Notes: generated by a model not told the origin, from the sequence alone. A stretch of 64,000 bases of DNA from Calditrichales bacterium (GCA_965267575.1 OZ254086.1:3616001-3680000); one strand, 5' to 3'; counted from the first letter of the stretch, positions 10,393 through 20,349 are shown. Numbers and translations are program-made.

Positions 10393-10557
10393 CAGATTAT
10401 CAAAGCAACGAACCTGCCCATCATAACGATGTGGAGGTTGGTATGGCTTAAGGAGAAAAAGCTGTCCCACGTGGCTAACGCCTACGTGGAATACGTGCGC
10501 CGGCAAAAGGCCAAAATCATTGCTCAGAAATTCGACTGGTATAATAAATTCAGCTGA
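10393..10557 (+). pseudogene. C-terminal remnant of a LysR-family (CbbR/CmpR-like) regulator
   Basis: QIIKATNLPIITMWRLVWLKEKKLSHVANAYVEYV...FDWY resembles the end of a LysR substrate-binding domain; no HTH and no genuine start. Confidence 0.65.
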
Positions 10558-10655
10558 TGATACCTCTTCTGCGCTAATACTAATTTGGGGACAACCGTTG
10601 TCTTGAGCTAAATGAAAACCTATTTTTAACGGCGTATGTCTAACCAAATCCAAAT

Positions 10656-11111
10656 ATGACTATGCGAACAGTAGAAATTATTGAAGCGATAAATGCATCG
10701 CCACAACAGGTATGGGATTATATCAGCGATATCGAGAAGGCGCCGCAGTGGGTGACTGTGATGCAATCACTGGTTGAGACGACAGATAACCCGGTAAAGG
10801 AAGGCACCGTTTACACGGAACGCTCGAAAGTGGGACCAAAGGAATCTGAAACCACCTGGAAAGTTACCAAATTCAATGCTCCCAAAGTGCAGGTACATGA
10901 GTGTAACGGTAAGGAATTTAAGGCGCGGCTGACTATGCGGGTGGAGAAAGAGCAATCCGGCAGCAGACTGATCCACAAAACCGAATATGCGCTTTTGCCT
11001 ATCGTGCGTCCGTTCGGCTGGCTGATGGAAGCGCTTTTTGTGCACCGGCAGATGACCAACAGCCTGAGAGAAACCGTGCAAAATTGCCGGCGGATCTTAG
11101 AAAACGGGTAG
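10656..11111 (+). CDS. SRPBCC (polyketide cyclase/START-like) family protein
   Basis: IEAINASPQQVWDYISDIEKAPQW N-terminus; C-terminal helix; 151 aa. Confidence 0.85.
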   Translation: MTMRTVEIIEAINASPQQVWDYISDIEKAPQWVTVMQSLVETTDNPVKEGTVYTERSKVGPKESETTWKVTKFNAPKVQVHECNGKEFKARLTMRVEKEQSGSRLIHKTEYALLPIVRPFGWLMEALFVHRQMTNSLRETVQNCRRILENG

Positions 11112-11251
11112 AAACTTGTTTGAAGCAACAAGCGGATTAATGTTTTACCAGGTCTATGAAAAAACCGGGAACACGCCGGTAAATTTGGCGATAAACCGCC
11201 GTTATTTTTGATGGTATCTGTGGATAAATTGACGCAATCAGGGAATTATAT

Positions 11252-12208
11252 ATGTGGATAAACATAGTTTTATTGATTTTGGGATTGGTTCTTTTGATCA
11301 AGGGGGCGGATTGGCTTGTTGAGGGAGGTTCGGCGCTGGCAAAAAAGTTTAAAGTATCCGATCTGGCCATCGGACTGACGATCGTGGCTTTTGGCACATC
11401 GGCACCTGAGCTGGTGGTGAACACTTTTGCGGCCGTCCAGGGTTATAATGAGATTGTCTTCGGAAATGTCATCGGCAGTAATAACTTCAACCTTTTTATC
11501 ATTCTTGGCATTGCCGGTCTGATATCACCCCTGGTCGTACAATCCAGTACGGTTTGGAAGGAAATACCGCTGTCTCTCGTAGCGGCGCTGATGCTATATG
11601 TTTTGGCAAATGCCGTTTTGCCGGGCTCGGAACTAATTCTTTCACGCCCGGATGGATTGATTTTGCTGGTCTTGTTTGTTCTTTTCCTTCTTTATGTCTA
11701 CAAACAGCTAAAAACAGATCCGGCCCATCCGGAGGTAGCGCATAAAGCTTTTTCCAATACCAAAATCACCGTTTTCGTGTTGGCGGGGCTGGCGGGCCTG
11801 GTTATCGGGGGGCGTCTTGTTGTGGACAGCGCGGTGGATATGGCGACTGCTCTGGGCATCAGCGAGAAGATCATTGGTTTAACCATCGTAGCTGCAGGGA
11901 CCTCTCTGCCGGAACTGGCCACGTCAGTGGTGGCGGCTATTAAGAAAAATAACGACATCGCGGTGGGTAATATAATCGGCTCAAATATTTTTAATATCTT
12001 TTTTATTCTGTCCCTGAGCGCGCTGTCAAAACCGATCATATTCAATCCCGTTTTCAATATTGATATTTATTTGCTGTTCGCGGGAACGCTCTTTCTTTTT
12101 GTCGCCATGTTTACGGGCAAAAAACACAAGCTGGACCGCTGGGAGGCTGCTTTGCTCCTAACCGTTTACCTGGGCTATACCGTTTACCTGGTCAGCAAAG
12201 AGCTGTAA
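11252..12208 (+). CDS. Calcium/sodium antiporter (CaCA, YrbG-like)
   Basis: Two alpha repeats, GTSAPE...GNVIGSN and GTSLPE...GNIIGSN. Confidence 0.93.
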   Translation: MWINIVLLILGLVLLIKGADWLVEGGSALAKKFKVSDLAIGLTIVAFGTSAPELVVNTFAAVQGYNEIVFGNVIGSNNFNLFIILGIAGLISPLVVQSSTVWKEIPLSLVAALMLYVLANAVLPGSELILSRPDGLILLVLFVLFLLYVYKQLKTDPAHPEVAHKAFSNTKITVFVLAGLAGLVIGGRLVVDSAVDMATALGISEKIIGLTIVAAGTSLPELATSVVAAIKKNNDIAVGNIIGSNIFNIFFILSLSALSKPIIFNPVFNIDIYLLFAGTLFLFVAMFTGKKHKLDRWEAALLLTVYLGYTVYLVSKEL

Positions 12209-12249
12209 CCCGACCAACTACAAGATGATGTTGCCTTATAAGCGGGCAT

Positions 12250-12277
12250 AAAAAAAGGCCGTCCATGTGGACGGCCT
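12250..12277 (-). terminator. Intrinsic terminator of the betaine ABC operon (possibly bidirectional)
   Basis: Stem AGGCCGTCCA-tg-TGGACGGCCT (12256-12277) preceded by an A-run, which is a U-tract on the minus strand. Confidence 0.85.
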
Positions 12278-12299
12278 GAGTATGTTAATCAATGACGTG

Positions 12300-13184
12300 T
12301 TATTCTGACGCGGGAATCCATTGTTTCACCGCATCCGGATTGGCATTCATCCAGTTACGCGCTACAACTTCAACATCCTGATCAGACTCTTCAACCTGCA
12401 GCATAAGGTCTGCCAGTTGCTCGTTGCTGAATTTCAGGTTCTTGAGAAATTGTGCCAGTTCCGGCTTTTCTTCTTCCAGATTTTTGCGGCCCATGATATG
12501 TATATTACCCGGTTGCCACATCATTTTATCGTCATCCTGCTTCAGGAATTTCAGGTCCCAGCGTGCGAACATCCAGTGTGGTTTCCAGCCGGTTACCACG
12601 ATCCACTCTTCGTTATCCACGGCTTTCTTTAATGCGGCTGTCATGGCCGGACCGCTGGAAGAGATAAGTTTATAATCCAAACCATAATCTTCGATCAATT
12701 GTTCGGTCGTCTTCATAATACCTGCACCGGCATCAATTCCCACAATCTCGCCTTCAAAATTCTCTGCTTGTGCGTTCATCTGCGAAATCGAATCAATGGT
12801 TACGTAGGTCGGTACTACAAGGCCGCTTTGAGTGCCTTCAAATACATAGCCCAGGTCTACCACGTCATCTTTATAGCGCTCCACATAGTCCTTATGCAGT
12901 ACGGGCAGCCATGTTTCCATAAAGGCATCTTTGTTGCCCTGTGCAACGGCCGTATAGGCTGGCCCCACATCGGCGGCTGTAGCCGTTACCGTATAACCCA
13001 TTTTATCTTCAAGAATAACCTTTGCCAAATGGGTGTAAGCTACACCTTCCGCCCAGTTTACATATACCAGGTCGGCGGTCTTTTGTGTTTGCTGCGACTG
13101 GCACGAAACCATTGTGGAAGCAACAACAGCTAACATTAAGACTATGGTGAAAATTGACAGTTTGGAATGAATATGCTTGTGCAT
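12300..13184 (-). CDS. proX: Glycine betaine ABC transporter substrate-binding lipoprotein
   Basis: Lipobox-like MVSC; YVNWAEG, ETWLP, GIDAGAG and GWKPHWMF motifs (OpuAC/ProX). Confidence 0.9.
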   Translation of the reverse strand: MHKHIHSKLSIFTIVLMLAVVASTMVSCQSQQTQKTADLVYVNWAEGVAYTHLAKVILEDKMGYTVTATAADVGPAYTAVAQGNKDAFMETWLPVLHKDYVERYKDDVVDLGYVFEGTQSGLVVPTYVTIDSISQMNAQAENFEGEIVGIDAGAGIMKTTEQLIEDYGLDYKLISSSGPAMTAALKKAVDNEEWIVVTGWKPHWMFARWDLKFLKQDDDKMMWQPGNIHIMGRKNLEEEKPELAQFLKNLKFSNEQLADLMLQVEESDQDVEVVARNWMNANPDAVKQWIPASE

Positions 13185-13233
13185 AATAACTCCGCTTTTT
13201 TTTGGTGAAAAGTTCTATTGTTTAAAATCTTGC

Positions 13234-14070
13234 TTATTTGGACGTTGCCAAAGCTTGAGTCACACGGTCCAGAAAGATCGCCAGGATAACGATTGAAATA
13301 CCGCTTTCGAAACCCAGCCCGATTTTTAGCTGGGTGATACCCTTAAGCACCTCATTTCCAAGACCGCCGGCTCCAATCATGCCGGCAATTACAACCATGG
13401 ACAGAGCCAGCATGATCGTTTGATTCACACCGGCCATTATTGTAGGCATGGCTACCGGCAATTCGGCCTTAAACAGCATTTGGGATGGCGTAGAGCCAAA
13501 AGACAGCGCGGCTTCCTTGATATCCTTGGGGACCTGTCGAATGCCGAGGTTTGTCAGACGCACCACGGGTGGCAGCGAAAAAATCAAGGTTGCGATTACA
13601 CCCGGTACGGTGCCCAGTTGGAAAAACAAGACGGCCGGAATCAGATAGACAAATGCCGGTAAAGTCTGCATAAAATCCAGAATGGGTCTTACAACGCTTT
13701 CAACAACATCATTTTTTGAGGCCCATATGCCAATGGGTATTCCGATCACAAGGGCGATGACAACGGCGGTTATCACCAGTGCCAGGGTGTCCATGGTTAC
13801 TTCCCAGAATCCCATGTAATAGATTAACAGCATTCCAAAAAAGGTGAAAATTGCCACGCCTTTTTTCGCCAGCCACCAGGCGAGGGCTGTAAAAAGAACC
13901 GTAAGTATGAGCGGGTGCGGAAAAAGAAGCGCCTGATTCAGCCCGAATAAAACCACATCCACTGTCTGCCGTATGGCATCGAAGAATGGTCCCAGGTTAT
14001 CCACAAGCCAGGTAATTATTACTTCGAACCAACCTCCGATATCAATAACTTTTGAAAAATCGTCGAACAT
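13234..14070 (-). CDS. proW: Glycine betaine ABC transporter permease
   Basis: PILDFMQTLPAFVYLIP, EAA loop and GVNQTIMLALSMVV. Confidence 0.92.
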   Translation of the reverse strand: MFDDFSKVIDIGGWFEVIITWLVDNLGPFFDAIRQTVDVVLFGLNQALLFPHPLILTVLFTALAWWLAKKGVAIFTFFGMLLIYYMGFWEVTMDTLALVITAVVIALVIGIPIGIWASKNDVVESVVRPILDFMQTLPAFVYLIPAVLFFQLGTVPGVIATLIFSLPPVVRLTNLGIRQVPKDIKEAALSFGSTPSQMLFKAELPVAMPTIMAGVNQTIMLALSMVVIAGMIGAGGLGNEVLKGITQLKIGLGFESGISIVILAIFLDRVTQALATSK

Positions 14071-14075
14071 AGCTT

Positions 14076-15326
14076 CTAACCTTCCTTTTGTTCATCCGGT
14101 TGGTTTTCTTCAAATTGTTTCAGAAGCACCGGCATGTCTTCATCGTCGAAATTGTCATTAACCTCGGCTATAACAGAGGCCCTGTCTATAATTCCTAGCA
14201 AATTGCCGTTCTCATTTTGCACGGCTAGAGGATACTTCGTTTCAATTGCTACCCTCAGAAGGTTGCCGATAGACGTGTCCGGTGTTGTGGTATATACGCC
14301 GTCAAATACAGCCGGTGTCAGATCGTCTTTGTCCTCGCGGGCCAGTTTTACGGCATCATCAATACGCACGATTCCCTTAAAGCGCCTTTCGCTGTCCAAA
14401 ACATAAATGGTGGAGACGCCCGCCTTTTCCATACGGCGTATGGCTACCTTGGGACCTTCCTTACCCAGCGTAACGGTAACCGGTTTGCGCATAATGGATG
14501 ATGCCGGTATAACCTTTGTCTTGTCCACATTCTGGACGAATGCTTTTACATAGTCATCCGCCGGCCTGGTAAGGATTTCCTCCGGCGTACCTATTTGCAC
14601 AATGGCGCCGGCCTTCATGATGATAATACGATCACCCAGCTTCAGCGCTTCATCGAGGTCGTGTGTAATGAAAACGATGGTCTTATGCATCCGCGTCTGA
14701 AGTTCCAGCAATTCATCCTGCATTTGACTGCGAATCAGCGGATCCAGAGCACTGAAAGCTTCGTCCATGAGCAGAATTTCCGGGTCATTGGCCAATGCAC
14801 GGGCTAAACCGACCCTCTGCTGCATGCCTCCGCTCAGTTCGCTGGGGTACTGATGTTCGTATCCTTTCAGTCCAACCTGCTCCAGTGCGTTCATGGCTTT
14901 TTTATCCCTTTCACGCTGCTCCACACCGGATATTTCCAATCCATAACCGGCGTTTTGCAGTACGGTCATATGTGGTAAAAGCGCGAAATGCTGAAACACC
15001 ATGGACATTTTTTTACGCCTCGTCTCCAGCAGCTCTTCATTCGACATTTTAAGTATGTCGGTGCCGTTTATAAGAACTTCGCCGCGTGTCGGCTCAATCA
15101 GGCGGTTCAGGCAACGGATTACTGTAGATTTTCCACTGCCCGAAAGCCCCATTATAACGAACACTTCTTTTTGCTTTACGGAGAAACTGGCGTTATCAAT
15201 ACCAATTGTGCAGCCTGTTTTATCAAGAATTTCTTCCTTGCTTTTTCCCTGATCCAAAAGCGGGAAAGCCCGCTCAGGCCGGTCGCCAAAAATCTTATAC
15301 AGGTTTTTTACTTCGATAACATTCAT
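14076..15326 (-). CDS. proV: Glycine betaine ABC transporter ATPase with CBS domains
   Basis: GLSGSGKS, LSGGMQQRVGLARAL and DEAFSALDPLIR; C-terminal CBS pair. Confidence 0.93.
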   Translation of the reverse strand: MNVIEVKNLYKIFGDRPERAFPLLDQGKSKEEILDKTGCTIGIDNASFSVKQKEVFVIMGLSGSGKSTVIRCLNRLIEPTRGEVLINGTDILKMSNEELLETRRKKMSMVFQHFALLPHMTVLQNAGYGLEISGVEQRERDKKAMNALEQVGLKGYEHQYPSELSGGMQQRVGLARALANDPEILLMDEAFSALDPLIRSQMQDELLELQTRMHKTIVFITHDLDEALKLGDRIIIMKAGAIVQIGTPEEILTRPADDYVKAFVQNVDKTKVIPASSIMRKPVTVTLGKEGPKVAIRRMEKAGVSTIYVLDSERRFKGIVRIDDAVKLAREDKDDLTPAVFDGVYTTTPDTSIGNLLRVAIETKYPLAVQNENGNLLGIIDRASVIAEVNDNFDDEDMPVLLKQFEENQPDEQKEG

Positions 15327-15347
15327 TTATAAAAACCTCTGCCCGTT

Positions 15348-16538
15348 TTAGAAATAGTAGCCAAGATTGATGTTCAATCTCCGGTTCCAGTCCGGATCTT
15401 TTACTCCAGTGCCTAATCCCGTACCAAAAGAATCTGTTAGCCAGGGTTGGTTTTTACCCATGGCGTAATCCACGTAAATGTACATGGCTCCGGCGCTGAT
15501 TAAGAATCCGGGGATCAGATGGTGCGTATCGTAAAAATCTTCGTTTGTTTTGTCGATCAGCGTATAGTCCACATACGGTTGAATATTTGAAATGGGACCA
15601 ATATCAACCGGGATGCTGTAGGCAACGCCTGCGACATACATGTTTGCTTCCGCGGCTACAGGGTAGGGGAAGCCGTACGCGCCCATCGTAACAATATCCA
15701 GAGAGTTACCCATATCGTCTTTAGCTTTATAGTTATATGTAGCAACTTCGGCCTTAATGTTTACCTGCCCGAAATTACCCACAAAGTGACCGGCAAAAGC
15801 CGTTGCCACTTCGGCCTCTTCCAGAACGGCGTTGTAAATCTGTCCAACCTGGGCAGATACGCCAAGCTCAACTGAAGGAGTTACGTCGTATGCGATTTGG
15901 CCGTTAAAGGTATTAAGTTCACGTATATTGGCGCCTTCCATGGGGATAATATCATATGAATACCGTCCGGCACCGGCGTTGCCAAAGCTGACGTCACCGC
16001 CAAAAAGAGGACCTTCCGGTTCCGCCTGGCGGTAGTAGGCCGCGGCAATCTCAAGCTTTTCCGATGGCGTAAAGGTGAATCCAATTCCCATATCATAATC
16101 ATCTTCAAGGCCTACATAATAGCCGCCCTGAAACCACCATGAGTGGGAAGCATATTTGGTAATCCCAAAAGGTTTTTGGAAAACACCAAGCTTACCGTAA
16201 ACCATATCATTGAATTCATAACCAAAATAACCATGGTGAATAAAATGAGTACCAAAAGTAGGATAGAAACGGTACTCAAAGCTCATATCTATGCCGGCTG
16301 ATCTGCCGTCGATATTGAGACGCCATGTATCCCACGTAAAGGAGGTACTCAGTGCAGTAGATGCGCTTTCGTAATCTGTGTTAATGATATTATAGCGGAT
16401 GGCACCGCCAAACTTGATGTAATCTTCTTTCTCATCCTCGCCGGCAAGAAGATTGCTTTGCGGGAAAACGAGAAATGCCATGAGAAAAGAAACAAAAGTA
16501 AATCTGAATAGCATAAGCGTTGTACGTGAGTATAGCAT
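15348..16538 (-). CDS. Putative outer-membrane beta-barrel porin
   Basis: Signal peptide, amphipathic beta-strand pattern, C-terminal NINLGYYF beta-signal; first gene of the proVWX operon. Confidence 0.75.
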   Translation of the reverse strand: MLYSRTTLMLFRFTFVSFLMAFLVFPQSNLLAGEDEKEDYIKFGGAIRYNIINTDYESASTALSTSFTWDTWRLNIDGRSAGIDMSFEYRFYPTFGTHFIHHGYFGYEFNDMVYGKLGVFQKPFGITKYASHSWWFQGGYYVGLEDDYDMGIGFTFTPSEKLEIAAAYYRQAEPEGPLFGGDVSFGNAGAGRYSYDIIPMEGANIRELNTFNGQIAYDVTPSVELGVSAQVGQIYNAVLEEAEVATAFAGHFVGNFGQVNIKAEVATYNYKAKDDMGNSLDIVTMGAYGFPYPVAAEANMYVAGVAYSIPVDIGPISNIQPYVDYTLIDKTNEDFYDTHHLIPGFLISAGAMYIYVDYAMGKNQPWLTDSFGTGLGTGVKDPDWNRRLNINLGYYF

Positions 16539-16874
16539 AATAGTCCGTGTGTTTATTCGACTTCCAGTAATTTTAAAGCAATTAAAAATACGTTATTTAA
16601 TAATTAGTTATAGCGCTTTAACATATAAATTATCTGGCAGAAGACAAATTATTCTGGGTATTTTTATGATTTAAACATAAGGGGACTTGGCGCAGAGCGC
16701 ATGTTAAAGGGCTTTGAGAGAATTTTCAGGTTTGACGGTTTATAAGTGTGCTCGTCACTGCTTTTTTTAGAAAAACGTCTTTTTGAACCCTGATGCTCAT
16801 GAGTTAATAAAGGAGCTGAAATTGATAAATTTACCGGGCGAGCATATTTTAGCGTTTACTCAGGGAGTGCAAAT

Positions 16875-18176
16875 ATGGCAAAAAAGACAGACCATGATAA
16901 TATTTCTATATTAAAAACTGAAAATACACGCCTGAAGAAGGCCATCGAGGAGCTGTCGATTTTAAATGAAATTGCCACAGCTATTAACTCAATGGTTTCA
17001 TTGGATGACGTGGTAAATAAAATTGTGCGTCAGTGCGTAAAACATCTGCGGGTGGAGCAGGCGCTGGTCAGTCTTCTGGAAACCACGCCCGACCCCAAGG
17101 CACTGAAAACAGTTGTTCGATCGTCAGACAGCAAGGCCGACGGAATACCATTTCGCCTGGACAACCACCTCACCGGCTGGATGCTTCACCACCGCAAAGC
17201 GCTAATTATAAATGATCTTAAAAATGATGAGCGTTTTAAAGGCTATAGCGAAGATTTTCCCATCCGCTCCCTGCTTTCCGTGCCGCTGATTTTAAACAAC
17301 CGCATGATAGGTGTTTTAAGTGTTTTTAATAAAAGCAATGACGAAACCTTTACGGCTGATCATCAGCGGATTTTATCAATAATTGCGACACAATCGGCAC
17401 AGGTTATTGAAAACGCCCGGTTGCTCAAAGAAGAGCATGAATTGCGGCAGATTCGCGAAGAAATGCGTTTAGCGAATGAAATCCAGAAGACGCTGTTACC
17501 TTCTGAAGCGCCGAAGGTGGCGGGTTATGATATTGCCGGCGTCAGCGTGCCTGCAAAAGACGTGGGCGGAGATTATTTCGATTTCTTCCATGTGGATGAT
17601 AAAAAACTGGCTTTTTGCCTGGGCGATGTGACAGGAAAGGGCATGCCCGCAGCACTGCTGATGTCTAACCTGCAAGCGATTATCCGGGGCCAGGCTATCG
17701 CCCACTCGGACTCTGCGCGACAATGCATGGCCACTGCCAACTATGTGCTTTTTCAGAATACGTCATCCAATAAGTTTGCAACCGTTTTTTACGGTATTTT
17801 GGATTTTGAGCGACATGTCCTCACTTATTGTAACGCCGGCCATGACAGACCTTATTACAAGGTGCCGGGAAGATCTTTCAGGGAGTTGGAGAGGGGCGGG
17901 GTGGTTTTGGGTTTTATGCCAAAAATGGAATACGAGCAGGAGACGATCGCATTTGAGCCCGGAGCCAAGTTGATTGTTTTCAGCGATGGCGTTACCGAAG
18001 CGATGAATGAGCTCAGCGAGGAATTCGGCATTGAGAGACTAAAAAAGCTTATCGATGAATATGACGATCTCAGCGCCGGAGAGTTTATCGATATTGTTAT
18101 CGAGAGTATCCAGACACACAGCCAGGGGATAGCACAATCCGATGATATCACGATAATGGTTATTCGCCGCCTTTAA
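16875..18176 (+). CDS. GAF + PP2C/SpoIIE serine phosphatase (RsbU-like)
   Basis: GAF domain (SLLSVPL...FTADHQRIL); VGGDYFD, GDVTGKG, CNAGH, FSDGVTEA and DDIT motifs. Confidence 0.92.
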   Translation: MAKKTDHDNISILKTENTRLKKAIEELSILNEIATAINSMVSLDDVVNKIVRQCVKHLRVEQALVSLLETTPDPKALKTVVRSSDSKADGIPFRLDNHLTGWMLHHRKALIINDLKNDERFKGYSEDFPIRSLLSVPLILNNRMIGVLSVFNKSNDETFTADHQRILSIIATQSAQVIENARLLKEEHELRQIREEMRLANEIQKTLLPSEAPKVAGYDIAGVSVPAKDVGGDYFDFFHVDDKKLAFCLGDVTGKGMPAALLMSNLQAIIRGQAIAHSDSARQCMATANYVLFQNTSSNKFATVFYGILDFERHVLTYCNAGHDRPYYKVPGRSFRELERGGVVLGFMPKMEYEQETIAFEPGAKLIVFSDGVTEAMNELSEEFGIERLKKLIDEYDDLSAGEFIDIVIESIQTHSQGIAQSDDITIMVIRRL

Positions 18177-18190
18177 AACAGGAGACCGTT

Positions 18191-18310
18191 ATGAAACCTG
18201 AAATATTACTTATTGTAATGGCTTCTTTTGTGATGGGTTATCACTTTAACAACCTGGTAAACAGCGAGCAAAGCGAGCCTAAGCGTCCAGTACCTCGCGC
18301 ACTTTCTTGA
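18191..18310 (+). CDS. Putative 39-aa small membrane protein (below the ORF-track cutoff)
   Basis: AGGAGA RBS 5 nt before ATG; MKPEILLIVMASFVMGYHFNNLVNSEQSEPKRPVPRALS; hydrophobic N-terminus. Confidence 0.5.
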   Translation: MKPEILLIVMASFVMGYHFNNLVNSEQSEPKRPVPRALS

Positions 18311-20243
18311 GAAGATCAACGGGGGTAAACGGCTTCTGAATAAACTTTGTGTCCGGGTCGAGAATGCCATGATGATCGATGGCGCTGTCCGTATAGCCGG
18401 ACATGAAAAGTACCCTCGTCTCCGGGTTCATTTCATCAAGGCTCTGAATAAACTGCTTTCCGCTCATTTGCGGCATTATTACATCTGTTAATATAAGCTT
18501 GATACTATCCCTGTTTCGATTATAAATATCGATAGCGTCTTTCCCGTTGTCAGCTTCAATAATCCGGTATCCAAAGCTTTCCAGCATCTCGCACACCAGT
18601 TCTCGCACCTGTTCTTCATCTTCCACAACAAGGATGGTTTCGTTGCCGTCAACCGCGGTTTGTCCGCTTTGCTCATTGTTCTCGGCAACCTGATGCTGGC
18701 GCGATTGTACCTCGTCAACAACTCGCGGCATCAATATTCTGAAGACCGTTCCCTGGCCGACATCGCTGTCTACCATGATGTAGCCATTGCTCTGTTTAAC
18801 GATACCGTAAACGGTGGACAAGCCAAGACCGGTGCCCTTGCCCTGATCTTTGGTGGTAAAGAAAGGCTCAAAAATGCGTGCGATGGTCGTGTTGTCCATG
18901 CCGCATCCGTTGTCACGGATAGTCAGAAAGACATAATTGCCGGGCTGCGAACCTTTATGCATTCTCGATTCTTCTTCGGTTAAAACGCCGTTGGCTGTCT
19001 CGATAGTCAGTTTGCCGCCATTGGGCATGGCATCCCTGGCATTTACAACAAGATTCATCAGCACCTGCTCAATCTGTCCGGGGTCGGCCACGATTTTACT
19101 TGTATTGGGGTCGAGATTGGTTTTGAGTTCAATATTCTCACCGATAAGGCGGCGCAGCATTTTCTCCAGATCGGAAATAAGCAGATTAATGTCCACTTTC
19201 TGCGGCTGCAAGATCTGTTTCCGGCTGAAAGCCAGCAACTGGCGTGTAAGCGCGGCGGCCCGTTCAGCCGCCTTGCTGATTTGCAGTATCTTTTTGCGCT
19301 GCGGATCTTCTTCCAGAGTCGTTTTCAGCAGGTTGTCGGCATAACCGGAAATAACAATCAAAAGATTGTTAAAATCGTGTGCGACGCCACCGGCCAGCTG
19401 ACCAACCGCTTCCATTTTTTGTGACTGGCGTAATTGCTCCTCTAGCTGCTTGCGTTCTGTAATATCCTTACCAACAATAATAACCAGCGCCGGCGTGCCC
19501 TGGTCATCATTTATGGTTGAAGTGGAAAGAGAGAACGGAAAAAGGCGGCTGTCTTTTGTCCGGCAGCGAATTTCGCCTTCCCATTTTCCGCTCTTCAGCG
19601 TTCGGGGTCTGATTTCCTGGGCAAATTTTTCGGGCCGCTGGCAAAGATGCTCAAAGTTTACATTTTTGAGCTCTTTTTTACTGAATTGGAAAGATTTCTG
19701 AAAAGCTTTATTGCTGAATATGATGCTGCCTTCCAGATCTGTGATGCAGAGGCACTCACTAATGCTCATCATGGCGTGGGCCAGCATCGTTATCTCAACT
19801 TCCGTGCGCCGTTTTTCAACAATGTCTTTTATGGTTGCAATAAAAAAGCATTCACCGCTCAGATTGCATATGGTCAGGCCCAGCTCCATTAGAAAGGCGC
19901 TTTTCTGCAGGCCGATGGCGGCAAGTTCCATGTTTTCAACTGGTGTAGTGCCTTCCGGGGCCGAAACGGAAAAGTGCTTCAGAAGGTTTATAAACCTGTC
20001 GCGCGTGCTGGGCGGCAGAAGCTCGCCAAAAGACATTCCGCGCAGCTGGTCTTTCTCATCCCTGAAGACATCTCGGGCCTTGTCATTCAGCATTAGAATG
20101 TGACCCTCGTTGTCCAGCAGCAACAGAGCTTCGTTGCTGGTATGAATAACCGCGTCCAGTAGGAGATTTACTTTTTGAGAAAGGGAATCAATATCATTGT
20201 TGTGCGGCAGGATCGCCGTATCTGTTTCTTCCCTGATTGCCAT
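18279..20243 (-). CDS. Soluble PAS-PAS hybrid histidine kinase (HisKA-HATPase-REC, CckA-like)
   Basis: AGGVAHDFNNLL, NLVVNARDAMP, FEPFFTTK and GTGLGL; C-terminal REC (VEDE, TDVIMP, KPF). Confidence 0.93.
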   Translation of the reverse strand: MAIREETDTAILPHNNDIDSLSQKVNLLLDAVIHTSNEALLLLDNEGHILMLNDKARDVFRDEKDQLRGMSFGELLPPSTRDRFINLLKHFSVSAPEGTTPVENMELAAIGLQKSAFLMELGLTICNLSGECFFIATIKDIVEKRRTEVEITMLAHAMMSISECLCITDLEGSIIFSNKAFQKSFQFSKKELKNVNFEHLCQRPEKFAQEIRPRTLKSGKWEGEIRCRTKDSRLFPFSLSTSTINDDQGTPALVIIVGKDITERKQLEEQLRQSQKMEAVGQLAGGVAHDFNNLLIVISGYADNLLKTTLEEDPQRKKILQISKAAERAAALTRQLLAFSRKQILQPQKVDINLLISDLEKMLRRLIGENIELKTNLDPNTSKIVADPGQIEQVLMNLVVNARDAMPNGGKLTIETANGVLTEEESRMHKGSQPGNYVFLTIRDNGCGMDNTTIARIFEPFFTTKDQGKGTGLGLSTVYGIVKQSNGYIMVDSDVGQGTVFRILMPRVVDEVQSRQHQVAENNEQSGQTAVDGNETILVVEDEEQVRELVCEMLESFGYRIIEADNGKDAIDIYNRNRDSIKLILTDVIMPQMSGKQFIQSLDEMNPETRVLFMSGYTDSAIDHHGILDPDTKFIQKPFTPVDLLKKVREVLDA

Positions 20244-20310
20244 AAAAAAGAGTTTCCGCTTTGTTAAAGTAAAACCGGTTTTAACCTATATTAATAAGTT
20301 AATGCAAGGG

Positions 20311-20337
20311 TAATCGTCTTTATTGTGAAAGGGTTTA
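20311..20337 (-). promoter_or_regulatory. Sigma28 (FliA)-type promoter of the hybrid kinase
   Basis: Minus strand TAAA-N15-GACGATTA versus consensus TAAA-N15-GCCGATAA. Confidence 0.6.
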
Positions 20338-20349
20338 GATAATAGCAAT

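Noticed and set aside
9970..10653. 227-aa ORF as one intact protein
   Set aside because: Its first ~87 codons are the antisense of a LysR remnant plus intergenic DNA; treated as a chimera.
16540..16870. Riboswitch upstream of the betaine operon
   Set aside because: AT-rich divergent promoter region with no recognisable aptamer or terminator/antiterminator pair.
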